Origin: Trypanosoma brucei
Taxonomy: Eukaryota
Length of the DNA stretch: 64,000 nt
NCBI GenBank assembly: GCA_000002445.1
Contig: CM000207.1
Location: 960,001 to 1,024,000, forward strand
Direction of reading: 5' to 3'
Positions 1-9,248 of this stretch are shown piece by piece; within the stretch, counting starts at the first letter, position 1; each line of letters begins with the position of its first letter. Under the pieces are notes generated by a model. It was not told where the DNA came from. It ran no database searches and saw only the letters and a list, made by a program, of their open reading frames with translations. A program made the translations under genes and the position numbers.

Positions 1-405
1 CGCGTAGTAACCGATGAGGTGAAATATGGTCAAGTTGGTCAGCGGCAGTATGAAGGCGAAATGGCAAAAGTCATTGAGCGTGGTGAGGAGGAGGTAGCGC
101 GATTGCAAGCGGATCATGCCCTTATGGATCTGATTCCAATGCTACGCTCTGCGGCTTCTTCAACTGATTTGACTCACGAATTAGACCATTGGCGTACGGA
201 TGAGTACACAAAGTGTGACGACTTTCGTGAAACGATGAACTCTCTCTCAGTGACAAGGCAGAAGATTCTTGGTAATGTTCTTAAGGAGCGACGCAACGTA
301 CCGATTCCGCCTCTCAAGCAGCACGTGATGAATCATGGATTTATGGAGGAGGCAAATGCCGCTATGAAGTTGGAGCAGATGCGACACACTCCTTCAAGAC
401 TTTAG
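1..405 (+). CDS. 3' portion of an upstream tandem copy of the NIF/FCP1-like phosphatase gene. It is truncated by the window start, and the frame is open from nt 1
   Basis: nt 1-405 translates in frame (RVVTDEVKYGQ...TPSRL*) to the same 134-aa C-terminus as the 2115..3146 protein, with V/I and R/C substitutions. The track ORF 19..405 starts at a GTG and is just the inner part. Confidence 0.8.
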   Translation, partial: RVVTDEVKYGQVGQRQYEGEMAKVIERGEEEVARLQADHALMDLIPMLRSAASSTDLTHELDHWRTDEYTKCDDFRETMNSLSVTRQKILGNVLKERRNVPIPPLKQHVMNHGFMEEANAAMKLEQMRHTPSRL

Positions 406-835
406 GAGTATACATCTTAACGGTTAATATACATCTACCGTTGAACTGATGACGGAGCGTATTCGTTTATTAATTAATTAATTTATGAGTCACATATTTG
501 AGCGATGGCTATTGATCGTGTACGTTACGATACTCTTTCTCCTTTTATTGTTAAAAGTTGTGTGTTTAATACCAATTTTGAGGAGCATCACATGTTATTG
601 TTTTTTTTTATTTCATTATTTAGTACATTATTTATTATTGTTTTCTCTTCGTATCGTTTTGAGGTCTCTTCCTTTTTTTTTCTTATACTGAATGAAACCG
701 CTTGTTTCAAAAAAATATTTGTTATACCCTTCTTCTACCTTCATTATCCATACACTCATATATATATATATATACATGCATACATATTTTAATAAGTGTT
801 GATTTCTGTACGCACTGGGTGAAGCAAGTACAGTG
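1..835. repeat. Segmental duplication: nt 1-835 matches nt 2742-3573 (offset about 2741, small TA-microsatellite length differences). It covers the last about 400 nt of the phosphatase CDS plus about 430 nt of 3' flank
   Basis: Direct comparison of the two stretches; ORF 19..405 and the tail of ORF 2115..3146 are near-identical. Similarity ends at about 835/3573. Confidence 0.9.
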
Positions 836-1546
836 CGTGAAGGCAAAGCAAAGGAAAGGTAATGCTCTTGTTGTTTTTTTTGTGTGTGTGAACTAGCGGG
901 TAGTTTGCCTTTATTTTGCCTATTGTTGTTTCCCATTACACTCTTGTTTCGAATAGTTTACTTTTCTTTTTCTTTTTAATAATTTTCTTTTATATTTTTC
1001 CCTTTCTGCCTGAAGAAGGTAGAGGAGGATGGAGCACGTTACACAATAACAAACAGAGAAGCACATATATTTGTATGTGCTTTTCATTAATCCCTTTGTC
1101 AATGTTACCTCCACTTTAACCGGAGTGAAGATTTAACATGATGCATATAAATGTTTATCAATACATGTGCTTCTCTCCTTGTTTTCTTTTTTTCATAGTT
1201 TCGCTACTAGCATTTGATATCATAGCATGTTATTACACTCCGTTATGTCTTTCTAACAACAGGAGTACAGCGACGGTTTAGTGCTTCGTTTATCTCCATC
1301 CTGTTCTCAGCAACATTTCAATGTGATATGTATCGTTATTCAACAGGTGGCTGATGTAAGTGCTTATATATATACATATATATGTGTATGTATATTTGCT
1401 GTGTGCAATATACTCCGTAACCTGTCCCCTAGTTTTTCTATCGCTAATGCCATTAACCTCTCGCATGAGTGGTGGTGCTGATATTGATGATGACAAGGGA
1501 ATGTCAGGAAAGAGAAAAGGAGGAAGTGGAGGAGGGATAATAATAA

Positions 1547-1567
1547 TAATAATAATAATAATAATAT
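1547..1567. repeat. (ATA)7 trinucleotide repeat
   Basis: gataataataataataataataatatgg. Confidence 0.85.
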
Positions 1568-2114
1568 GGATGATGCGACTCTTGGTCTCACCACTTTATG
1601 TTGAGTCCTAGGAACTGCTGTTGGTTTGTCACTATAATGGGAAGGTGTGTCTAGTGTGTGAGGATATGCTTGACTGTTTAATTATGCAACAACGCTTAAA
1701 TTCATTCAAGTCGCATCGTTTCTTTACCACATCTAACAATTATGAGTGTTTTTACTCTCTGTATGTTTGTTGCGTGATATGTGTGTGCTCATTATAGAAA
1801 GTGCTGCACTTGCGCTCCCATTTCAATCGTAATCCATTTCACTCTTTTTCTTTTAATTCTTTCTTACCATTTCTCATTTTGAAACAAACAAAAGGAAGGA
1901 AAGCTTTTGTGTTTGACGAGTAATTCCCAACAGTAACAAGACAAAATTTGGTTGATTAGGTTTCCAACGTCATAATATACGGCTGAACTTGTCGAAGGTT
2001 ATATTCCTCAGGAAAAAATTATTGAAAGGATCCCAAACAATTTAATAAAAGGATAAACCCACAGAGAAGTTGTTATTACTTTTACACGTATACCCAACTG
2101 GAACTCATTGAAAT

Positions 2115-3146
2115 ATGGTGAGGACGACACGCTTTTCACGCAACAGTTCCAAACCACTGTTTCAGCAATTACAGCTTATTACATCGTATGGACTCTTTCA
2201 GGAGTATCCACCCATTTGGTCACTTCCCCTTCCACCTCAACAACCTCGTGATACGGGAAAACCCACACTGGTGCTTGATATTGATGAAACACTGATTCAT
2301 ACTGTGGGGATGCGGAATGAGGGGTCGGATTCTGTCTCCTTCAGTTTCTTCCTGCGTCCACATGCGAAGGAATTTCTCGCGGAGGTACGTGAACTGTACG
2401 AAGTTGTGTTCTGGACGGCTGGTACCGCATCCTACTGCTCAGCTGTTATGGATGCACTGGAGGTGCAGGTGTTACAACTCCCACGATCATTTTACAATAT
2501 TGATGAACTCCGCGTAGAGGCACGTGGTGGAATCTCCACCAAGAATGTTAACTTCTATGCCCTTTCCCGAACTCAAACGTTACAAGGGCATAATTACATG
2601 AAATACCTTCCAATGCTTGGCAGACCATTGAATCGTGTCATAATGGTAGATGACAATGTGCGCAGCTTTCCTCTTCATCCACGTAACGGTGTTAAGATCG
2701 AACCCTTCCTACCGAATGAACGTGTTTTATCCGAATATGCCCGCATAGTAACCGATGAGGTGAAATATGGTCAAGTTGGTCAGCGGCAGTATGAAGGCGA
2801 AATGGCAAAAGTCATTGAGTGTGGTGAGGAGGAGGTAGCGCGATTGCAAGCGGATCATGCCCTTATGGATCTGATTCCAATGCTACGCTCTGCGGCTTCT
2901 TCAACTGATTTGACTCACGAATTAGACCATTGGCGTACGGATGAGTACACAAAGTGTGACGACTTTCGTGAAACGATGAACTCTCTCTCAGTGACAAGGC
3001 AGAAGATTCTTGGTAATGTTCTTAAGGAGCGACGCAACGTACCGATTCCGCCTCTCAAGCAGCACGTGATGAATCATGGATTTATGGAGGAGGCAAATGC
3101 CGCTATGAAGTTGGAGCAGATGCGACACACTCCTTCAAGACTTTAG
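2115..3146 (+). CDS. NIF/FCP1-like HAD-family protein phosphatase (CTD small phosphatase-like), 343 aa
   Basis: ATG start. Catalytic DxDxT motif in 'KPTLVLDIDETLIHTV'; NIF-domain-like spacing follows (FLRPHAKEFL, VVFWTAG, VIMVDDN). The C-terminal 130 aa has no recognisable domain. Confidence 0.8.
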   Translation: MVRTTRFSRNSSKPLFQQLQLITSYGLFQEYPPIWSLPLPPQQPRDTGKPTLVLDIDETLIHTVGMRNEGSDSVSFSFFLRPHAKEFLAEVRELYEVVFWTAGTASYCSAVMDALEVQVLQLPRSFYNIDELRVEARGGISTKNVNFYALSRTQTLQGHNYMKYLPMLGRPLNRVIMVDDNVRSFPLHPRNGVKIEPFLPNERVLSEYARIVTDEVKYGQVGQRQYEGEMAKVIECGEEEVARLQADHALMDLIPMLRSAASSTDLTHELDHWRTDEYTKCDDFRETMNSLSVTRQKILGNVLKERRNVPIPPLKQHVMNHGFMEEANAAMKLEQMRHTPSRL

Positions 3147-3590
3147 GAGTATACATCTTAACGGTTAATATACATCTACCGTTGAACTGATGACGGAGCG
3201 TATTCGTTTATTAATTAATTAATTTATGAGTCACATATTTGAGCGATGGCTATTGATCGTGTACGTTACGATACTCTTTCTCCTTTTATTGTTAAAAGTT
3301 GTGTGTTTAATACCAATTTTGAGGAGCATCACATGTTATTGTTTTTTTTTTGTTTCATTATTTAGTACATTATTTATTATTGTTTTCTCTTAGTATCGTT
3401 TTGAGGTCTCTTCCTTTTTTTTTCTTATACTGAATGAAACCGCTTGTTTCAAAAAAATATTTGTTATACCCTTCTTCTACCTTCATTATCCATACACTCA
3501 TATATATATATACATGCATACATATTTTAATAAGTGTTGATTTCTGTACGCACTGGGTGAAGCAAGTACAGTGACTGTAGTGCTCTGGAG

Positions 3591-6545
3591 ATGATGCAAC
3601 GTGATACTGAGGGGTCTAGTACCTCTTTTGGTTCTTGCCGAACTGCATCTGATGTTTCCTCGCAGGTTTTAGAGGCTTTTAATCAGGCGGAGGAACGTAC
3701 ATCTGCTGTGTGGAGCCGTATTGGGGTTGCTGAAGTGGACAGACGAAATAAGTGGAACAGTTTTGTGGAAAGTCGCTTACTTGTGTATGTGAATGACTTT
3801 GTTCGACTGCAGGAGGCGGAGGAGATGTCCCTCGCAGCGGAGAACGACCGACTCTTTCGGGAAATGTTTTTCGCCTCTGTACGGTTGAAGGAACCTCCTC
3901 AATGCAAAATGTTGTCTCAACTTGTTGAGTCTATCTTGGAACAATCTGCATCTTTGTCGGCGGAAAAGTCTGAGGATGACCAACCCCCACTGCGTAAGAG
4001 AGCTATCACACCAGATATGTCTAACAATGGGGAACTGTGTTACAATGTTAGCTCGCGGAGTGGCTCTCCTCTCCGTAATAAAATGTACGCGGATGCTACC
4101 ATAGATGAGATGAGTGAATCTGTCACTCTACCATCTTTTGTCACCGCGACAACGATGCTGGCCGCAAAGTGGGGAGACACACCAGATGATCGTAACACAT
4201 CGCGTTTACCCTCTTTTCACAATGAATTTCAGCGGCAGAAGCGGGAGCGTAGTAGTCCGAACCCGTCGGCGCTCCCTCAAGAGGGAATACATCAACGAGA
4301 CTCAGCCTGGACGGCACTGTGGCATCTGGCTCAGAACATGACCCACCAGGAGCTTAACCGTACTCTTGAAAGCGAGGTAGAGCGCATGAACTTCCTTGCT
4401 GACGTTAGACTGGGACAGTTATGCTTTTTGTACAAGCAACACGCTTTGTTACAGTTGCCACCACAAGAACAAATAGAGCTGCGAAGACAGTATGCCGAAA
4501 AGTTTCTTTCGACTGACGTTCACGGAAAAGTGTTGCACCAATCCCGCCACGCATCGCTGGTTCCGGGGCTTGGTAACCAAAACCTAATGAACGCAGTGCG
4601 ACCCACCTCTTCTGACGCGAAAACCCCGGGTATCTCCTCATCACAATGCACAATCGGCACGTCCGACTGCAGAAGCTCTGTCGTGAGGGATGAGTTTGAC
4701 CTTCTTTCAGATTCTATACCTGACCAACTACGTACGTCACAGGGATTTCCACCACTGAACTACGTTGGTGGCAAAGGTAGTGGTAACGACACAGAGGAGA
4801 GCTGCCGCAGTGGAGGCTCCTCTGCTGGAGCCCAACGAGGCGAAGCCTCAGCGCGTGGAACCATCTTCGCGGTTGATGTGGATGATGTTTTGCGCTTTGG
4901 GCGGCGACAGGACTTGTCGTTAGAACGCATAAATACTGAAGCACACGTAATTCATGGAAAGATCATTGCGCAGAATACCCGTATGGCTGATGAGTGCGAA
5001 GGGGAGGTGAAGTGCATCGACGAGCTCTGGGCCATGCTAGAGGACACTAAGTCCACTGAGAAGGGCGAGAGGCGCAGCGGAAGAGGACAAGAAGAGGGTG
5101 GTGAAGGGATATCCCAATTTGCGAAGGATAACGAAAGTGCAGTTCCATCACAACAAGAGTTTATGTCCCGTTTAAATCAGTTGCTATATGATTACGAGCA
5201 TCCAGAGGAATGTGTGTCTCCGGCCGTGCTGCTTCCAGTGGAGGGGGGAAAACACTTCGATTTCTCGGAGGGGACTCCAGGTCAAAGGACTGTTTCGCCC
5301 GTTCTAAGTTGTGGCTACAACGCTGGCGCTTCCAATAGCATCACTGGTGCCGGTGGGCCTGTCAACCATTTGCCTGCACCGCTTCTTAAACTCTTTACTG
5401 TGCCCTCTTATGCGCCTATCCTTGCATATGCTGTCAATATGCGAGAGCGGCTGCAACGCTTTGTGCTTCAGAAAAGGATGTGCCTGGTGCGCAGAGTCAC
5501 AGATCAATTGACTGATGCGTACCAGCACTATTACAATCGGACCCATGATCCTGCATACCGTGTGACACCAGATTACTCGCAGTGGATGAAGGGGATCAGT
5601 GGCACTGCGTTGGCTGGTGGACTCAACCTTAGCACTAGCATCAGCATCAACAATAGTGACAGCGGTTCTGTCTGGCAGCAACTACTGTACAAATTCAAAC
5701 CCCGTGTGAATAATGAGGACTTGAAAGAGCTTCTTAAAGAGGTTCAGCACGTTGAGCGTCGTGCAGGGGCTGAATTGGACTCTCTTAATGCACGTCTGAG
5801 GATACTAGACGAGCTTGGTCCGTTGCTGCAACGGCGGGATGAAATTCTCCAGCAACAACGGGCAATTCAAGAAGGCAGCCGCGAACGCCTTCTCAGCAGA
5901 AAGGTGAACATGGCCAAGCAGTTGCTGTATGAAGAAAACGTACGTCGCCAGTGTGTGCACGAGCTGCCAAAGATTTACGGACAGATAGCGGAGTCGTTGC
6001 GACGTTGGAATGAGGAGGTCACCGACAAGAGTAGTAAAGGAGAAACAAACAGCGCTAGACGTCTTCTTATCAACGGCGTGGATGTTGCCGAGCTTATCAA
6101 CGAATATTACGCCTCGGTAGCGAGCACAACAAATACCCGCCGCCCCGTGCGTTCAAGGTCAGCGACAGCAAGTGCCACCACGAGTAGAAACAACTCGCCA
6201 TCCCCTTTGCCCTCTCGAGGCGATGCCCACGCCCTGACGCCACCACGTCACCCGATGCGTAAAATGTCTCCTGCACCACGCACTCCAATGGCTCTTCGTG
6301 AAGAGTACATTCCCTCAGGGAAGCCATCCATAGTGAATCTTGGGGCATCACCGAGTTTGCGTGTACGGTCTCAACCTAATATTAGTCAACGTCCTGCCAT
6401 GAAATCTGGCGAACCGTCACCAGTGAAGACTATGACTCCGTTGACGAGGAAGCTTCACCCTCATAACCCCCACCTCCGTAGTGAATCACCCGTGGCGGCA
6501 ACGCGAGAAACGCTTTTCAAAGATTCACGAAAAGCAAACAGGTAA
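3591..6545 (+). CDS. Hypothetical protein, 984 aa, Ser/Pro/Arg-rich low-complexity C-terminus
   Basis: Uninterrupted 2955-nt ORF with ATG start, co-oriented with neighbours. No motif recognised by eye. Confidence 0.6.
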   Translation: MMQRDTEGSSTSFGSCRTASDVSSQVLEAFNQAEERTSAVWSRIGVAEVDRRNKWNSFVESRLLVYVNDFVRLQEAEEMSLAAENDRLFREMFFASVRLKEPPQCKMLSQLVESILEQSASLSAEKSEDDQPPLRKRAITPDMSNNGELCYNVSSRSGSPLRNKMYADATIDEMSESVTLPSFVTATTMLAAKWGDTPDDRNTSRLPSFHNEFQRQKRERSSPNPSALPQEGIHQRDSAWTALWHLAQNMTHQELNRTLESEVERMNFLADVRLGQLCFLYKQHALLQLPPQEQIELRRQYAEKFLSTDVHGKVLHQSRHASLVPGLGNQNLMNAVRPTSSDAKTPGISSSQCTIGTSDCRSSVVRDEFDLLSDSIPDQLRTSQGFPPLNYVGGKGSGNDTEESCRSGGSSAGAQRGEASARGTIFAVDVDDVLRFGRRQDLSLERINTEAHVIHGKIIAQNTRMADECEGEVKCIDELWAMLEDTKSTEKGERRSGRGQEEGGEGISQFAKDNESAVPSQQEFMSRLNQLLYDYEHPEECVSPAVLLPVEGGKHFDFSEGTPGQRTVSPVLSCGYNAGASNSITGAGGPVNHLPAPLLKLFTVPSYAPILAYAVNMRERLQRFVLQKRMCLVRRVTDQLTDAYQHYYNRTHDPAYRVTPDYSQWMKGISGTALAGGLNLSTSISINNSDSGSVWQQLLYKFKPRVNNEDLKELLKEVQHVERRAGAELDSLNARLRILDELGPLLQRRDEILQQQRAIQEGSRERLLSRKVNMAKQLLYEENVRRQCVHELPKIYGQIAESLRRWNEEVTDKSSKGETNSARRLLINGVDVAELINEYYASVASTTNTRRPVRSRSATASATTSRNNSPSPLPSRGDAHALTPPRHPMRKMSPAPRTPMALREEYIPSGKPSIVNLGASPSLRVRSQPNISQRPAMKSGEPSPVKTMTPLTRKLHPHNPHLRSESPVAATRETLFKDSRKANR

Positions 6546-7125
6546 TGATACTACAGCCGGGCGGCTGACTGCTGCTTGTTGTACCTGTTATTCAACCGTC
6601 TTTTTTTTTTTTTGAAAAAATTGTTATTGTCACTTTCAAGGATTGAAAGGGGCTTTCACATTAGAGTGGAAAGTGAATATAAGGGAAAGAAAACACGACC
6701 AACAATAGTAGAAAGTTGTCTACATATACATCTCTCCCCTCTCTCTCTACCTTCACACCGTAGACCTCGCTCGTTACCGAAGCGTACTGTACTAATGACT
6801 TCAGTAGCTTCTCCGTTCTGTTGTTTTCTTTTCTGTTACGGTCCGCACACGCGGTTGCATTTGTATGCGCACTCTGCATTATTATTATTATTATTTTGTC
6901 TTCCTCCTTCCCTATACTCCAATGACGTTAGAACGGTAGGAGTCAGCTCAGCGTCCACACGGTGGCTTCTTCTCGGCTTAGAGTTGAAGAAAGGTGAAAA
7001 GTAGAAAATTGAAGGTTTATTTATCTATTTAATTTTTTAAAAAAATCAAATTTCAAACCCCAAGTAGGGAACAATTAGGAAGAAACCAGATAGTAGTACG
7101 AGCATTGCAATCGCCTCTAACGGTC

Positions 7126-7599
7126 ATGTCATTTCCAAAGGAATGGACCGACACGTGGAATCTCTTTGACGATCGCCGCTCTGGCAGCGTAACACACTCC
7201 GATGTGAAACACATCATTCGCAGCTTGGGTCGCCGTTACACTGAAGCGGAGTTCAATGAGTTGCTGCACGACATCCCCGATCCGATCCCATACCAATCTT
7301 TTGTGGAAATCATGCAGAAACCATATAATGGTCCAACCGAAGACGACCTGCGCACAGCGTTGCGTGCATTTGACGGTAACGACTCGGGCCAATTAAAACT
7401 TTCAGAGCTCATTACGCTACTCACGTCCCTCGGAGAGAAGATGCCGGAGGCGGAGGTGAAACAATTACTCTCAGAGGTTCACACCAATGAAGATGGCCGA
7501 GTAAATATTGATGATCTCGCGCGGTTCCTTTGCACTCCGTTACCCACAACACAACCGGATATTGCTGAGCTGCAGAAGCAACTGGCGGGCATCTCTTAA
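7126..7599 (+). CDS. EF-hand protein (calmodulin-like or myosin-light-chain-like), about 157 aa
   Basis: Canonical EF loop 'DGNDSGQLKLSE' (D-x-N-x-S-G-x-L-x-x-x-E) plus degenerate loops 'DDRRSGSVTHSD' and 'NEDGRVNIDD'. The track start 7105 is a TTG; the first ATG is 7126 (MSFPKEW...). Confidence 0.65.
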   Translation: MSFPKEWTDTWNLFDDRRSGSVTHSDVKHIIRSLGRRYTEAEFNELLHDIPDPIPYQSFVEIMQKPYNGPTEDDLRTALRAFDGNDSGQLKLSELITLLTSLGEKMPEAEVKQLLSEVHTNEDGRVNIDDLARFLCTPLPTTQPDIAELQKQLAGIS

Positions 7600-7955
7600 G
7601 AATAAAGTTTGGGGTTAGGGTTAATGGGGAGAGAGAGAAGCTACAAAAGATTATGAGTGACGGATGGAAAGTGTTAACCAAGTAAATAAAATTTAGAGTT
7701 AGAACTAGACGTGCAGACGGCACTTGAGGGGAAAGTAGAAGCAATGTTTGCATGTTTGTTTGTTGTTGTTGTTGTTGTTTTGCGCATATCTGCTCGCCTG
7801 TTGTAAAAGGGAGAAAACTTTGTTCTGCTCTTCGTTTCTTTCGCACCAGCGGGAACACTAAAAGGAAGAAGCTCAGAGGGTTAACGAAAAGGAGGTCGAG
7901 AGGAAAAGGGGTACTGAAAGAAGAGGTTTGTTGTGTGCTACTTCAGTGCATTCAA

Positions 7956-7981
7956 GTGTGTATGTATGTGTGTGTGTGTGG
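7956..7981. repeat. (GT)n / (TG)n dinucleotide repeat
   Basis: gtgtgtatgtatgtgtgtgtgtgtg. Confidence 0.85.
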
Positions 7982-8164
7982 GAAAAAGTTAGTGAGAGTT
8001 GAAAAGTGGTACCAATGGGGTGCGAAAGAAAATCACTCAGTTGCAGTTACTTTAAGTGTGTTATGTCTCGCTTGTGTGCAAAGTTCACTTCCTCCACACT
8101 ACGAAGGGGTGTGACGACCACAATACAACACGCACCCACTGGCTTGGTGGCACATATTAAATTC

Positions 8165-8610
8165 ACTCAGATGTGTGTAACCACACTTTCTGCTCTTTGT
8201 TCTCTCTCTCTCTTTTTTTTCCTTTCGTTGAACCACTTTTTGCTCGGTTTTTTTTTGTATTTCCCTGCGTTTGCTCTTTCCTTTGCCCCTCCCTCCCTCC
8301 CTCTGCTTCCCCTCTTATTGTTCTGCCTCATATCAAATCCGCGACACCTCCGTTACGTGCGTGAGGGGTTGTTTTTGTTTTCTGTTTTGCTCTTTTGTTT
8401 CTTTTTCTCTCTTCCCGCTTTCTTTTTTTTTTTGTGTATTCACACGGGTGCGCCCTCTTGTACCGCAGCCAAACTCAGTTGTTTATAGCAGTTGGTGTTT
8501 ATTTCTTTTCGTGTTTTTTAAGTTCACCTTTTTTTTTGTAAATACCTGGGTACTTGGTTGCATGCACCCTTTCTCTTTCGTTTCGTGGCCGTCGTTTACT
8601 TCCAATGGAG
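8165..8610 (+). promoter_or_regulatory. Very long C/T-rich polypyrimidine block in the 1.65-kb spacer between the EF-hand and PP2A-A genes. Candidate trans-splicing/polyadenylation signal region or long UTR
   Basis: About 450 nt almost purine-free on the + strand (ctctctctct, ttttttttt, ccctccctccctc runs). The ORFs the track draws here are low-complexity F/L/S artefacts. Confidence 0.4.
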
Positions 8611-9248
8611 TTGGGGCAACTTGAACTTTTATGGCCGACAGGAAAACAACAACATCAAAAGGAACAATAAACAAATAAGAAACGATGAGAAAAGAGAAAC
8701 TGAAAGGAAAAAAAAGGAGGGAGTGCTACCCGGGGTGTCCAAACGGCTAAACGATTGGACGTGATGTATATGTTGATGCCGGCTGCTCCGTGTGTAAAAT
8801 AAAGTTGTATGTATGTGTGTCCTTTATCCCCCCCCTCCCGCACACACACACACACCCTTTTGTCCCTCTTCCTTAATCCTGCTTGCAGGGAAGCAGTACC
8901 AAAAAACCAATAGTGGACAGATGAAGGGAAATATGACCAGACCGCCGTTTTGTTGCTGTTCGTCGAAATAATTTCTTCGGGAATAATATCCGTTGGCGCT
9001 TACTTTTTTTTTTTTCTTTTTGTTTATATTGCAGACCGGCAGGGAGACCCCACCCCCCTCCCGCTAGCACCCCCTACGTGGCTATTTCAAGGAAAGAAGG
9101 AGGGACACTATTTTAAACAGGTGTGCAAATATTCGGCCACTGCAGTATATTTGAGCACCTTAAGGAGGTGTGACCAATAACGTCAAGCACACACAACGAC
9201 GTTCAAGAGGAAATACAAGATAAAGAAAACATAAAATAAAACACTCCC

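Noticed and set aside
1-3573. Idea that the 835-bp direct repeat is a transposable element or LTR
   Set aside because: The repeat consists of the 3' end of a cellular gene plus its 3' flank. There are no terminal inverted repeats, target-site duplications or transposase/RT ORFs. Tandem gene duplication explains it.
7421-7858. 145-aa minus-strand ORF with a poly-Q stretch
   Set aside because: It overlaps the 3' end of the EF-hand gene antisense and runs through low-complexity (TTG)n/(CAA)n DNA; shadow ORF.
8006-8624. Overlapping + ORFs of 117-160 aa in the CT-rich block
   Set aside because: The F/L/S/P-only translations come from polypyrimidine DNA; this is a regulatory or UTR sequence, not coding.
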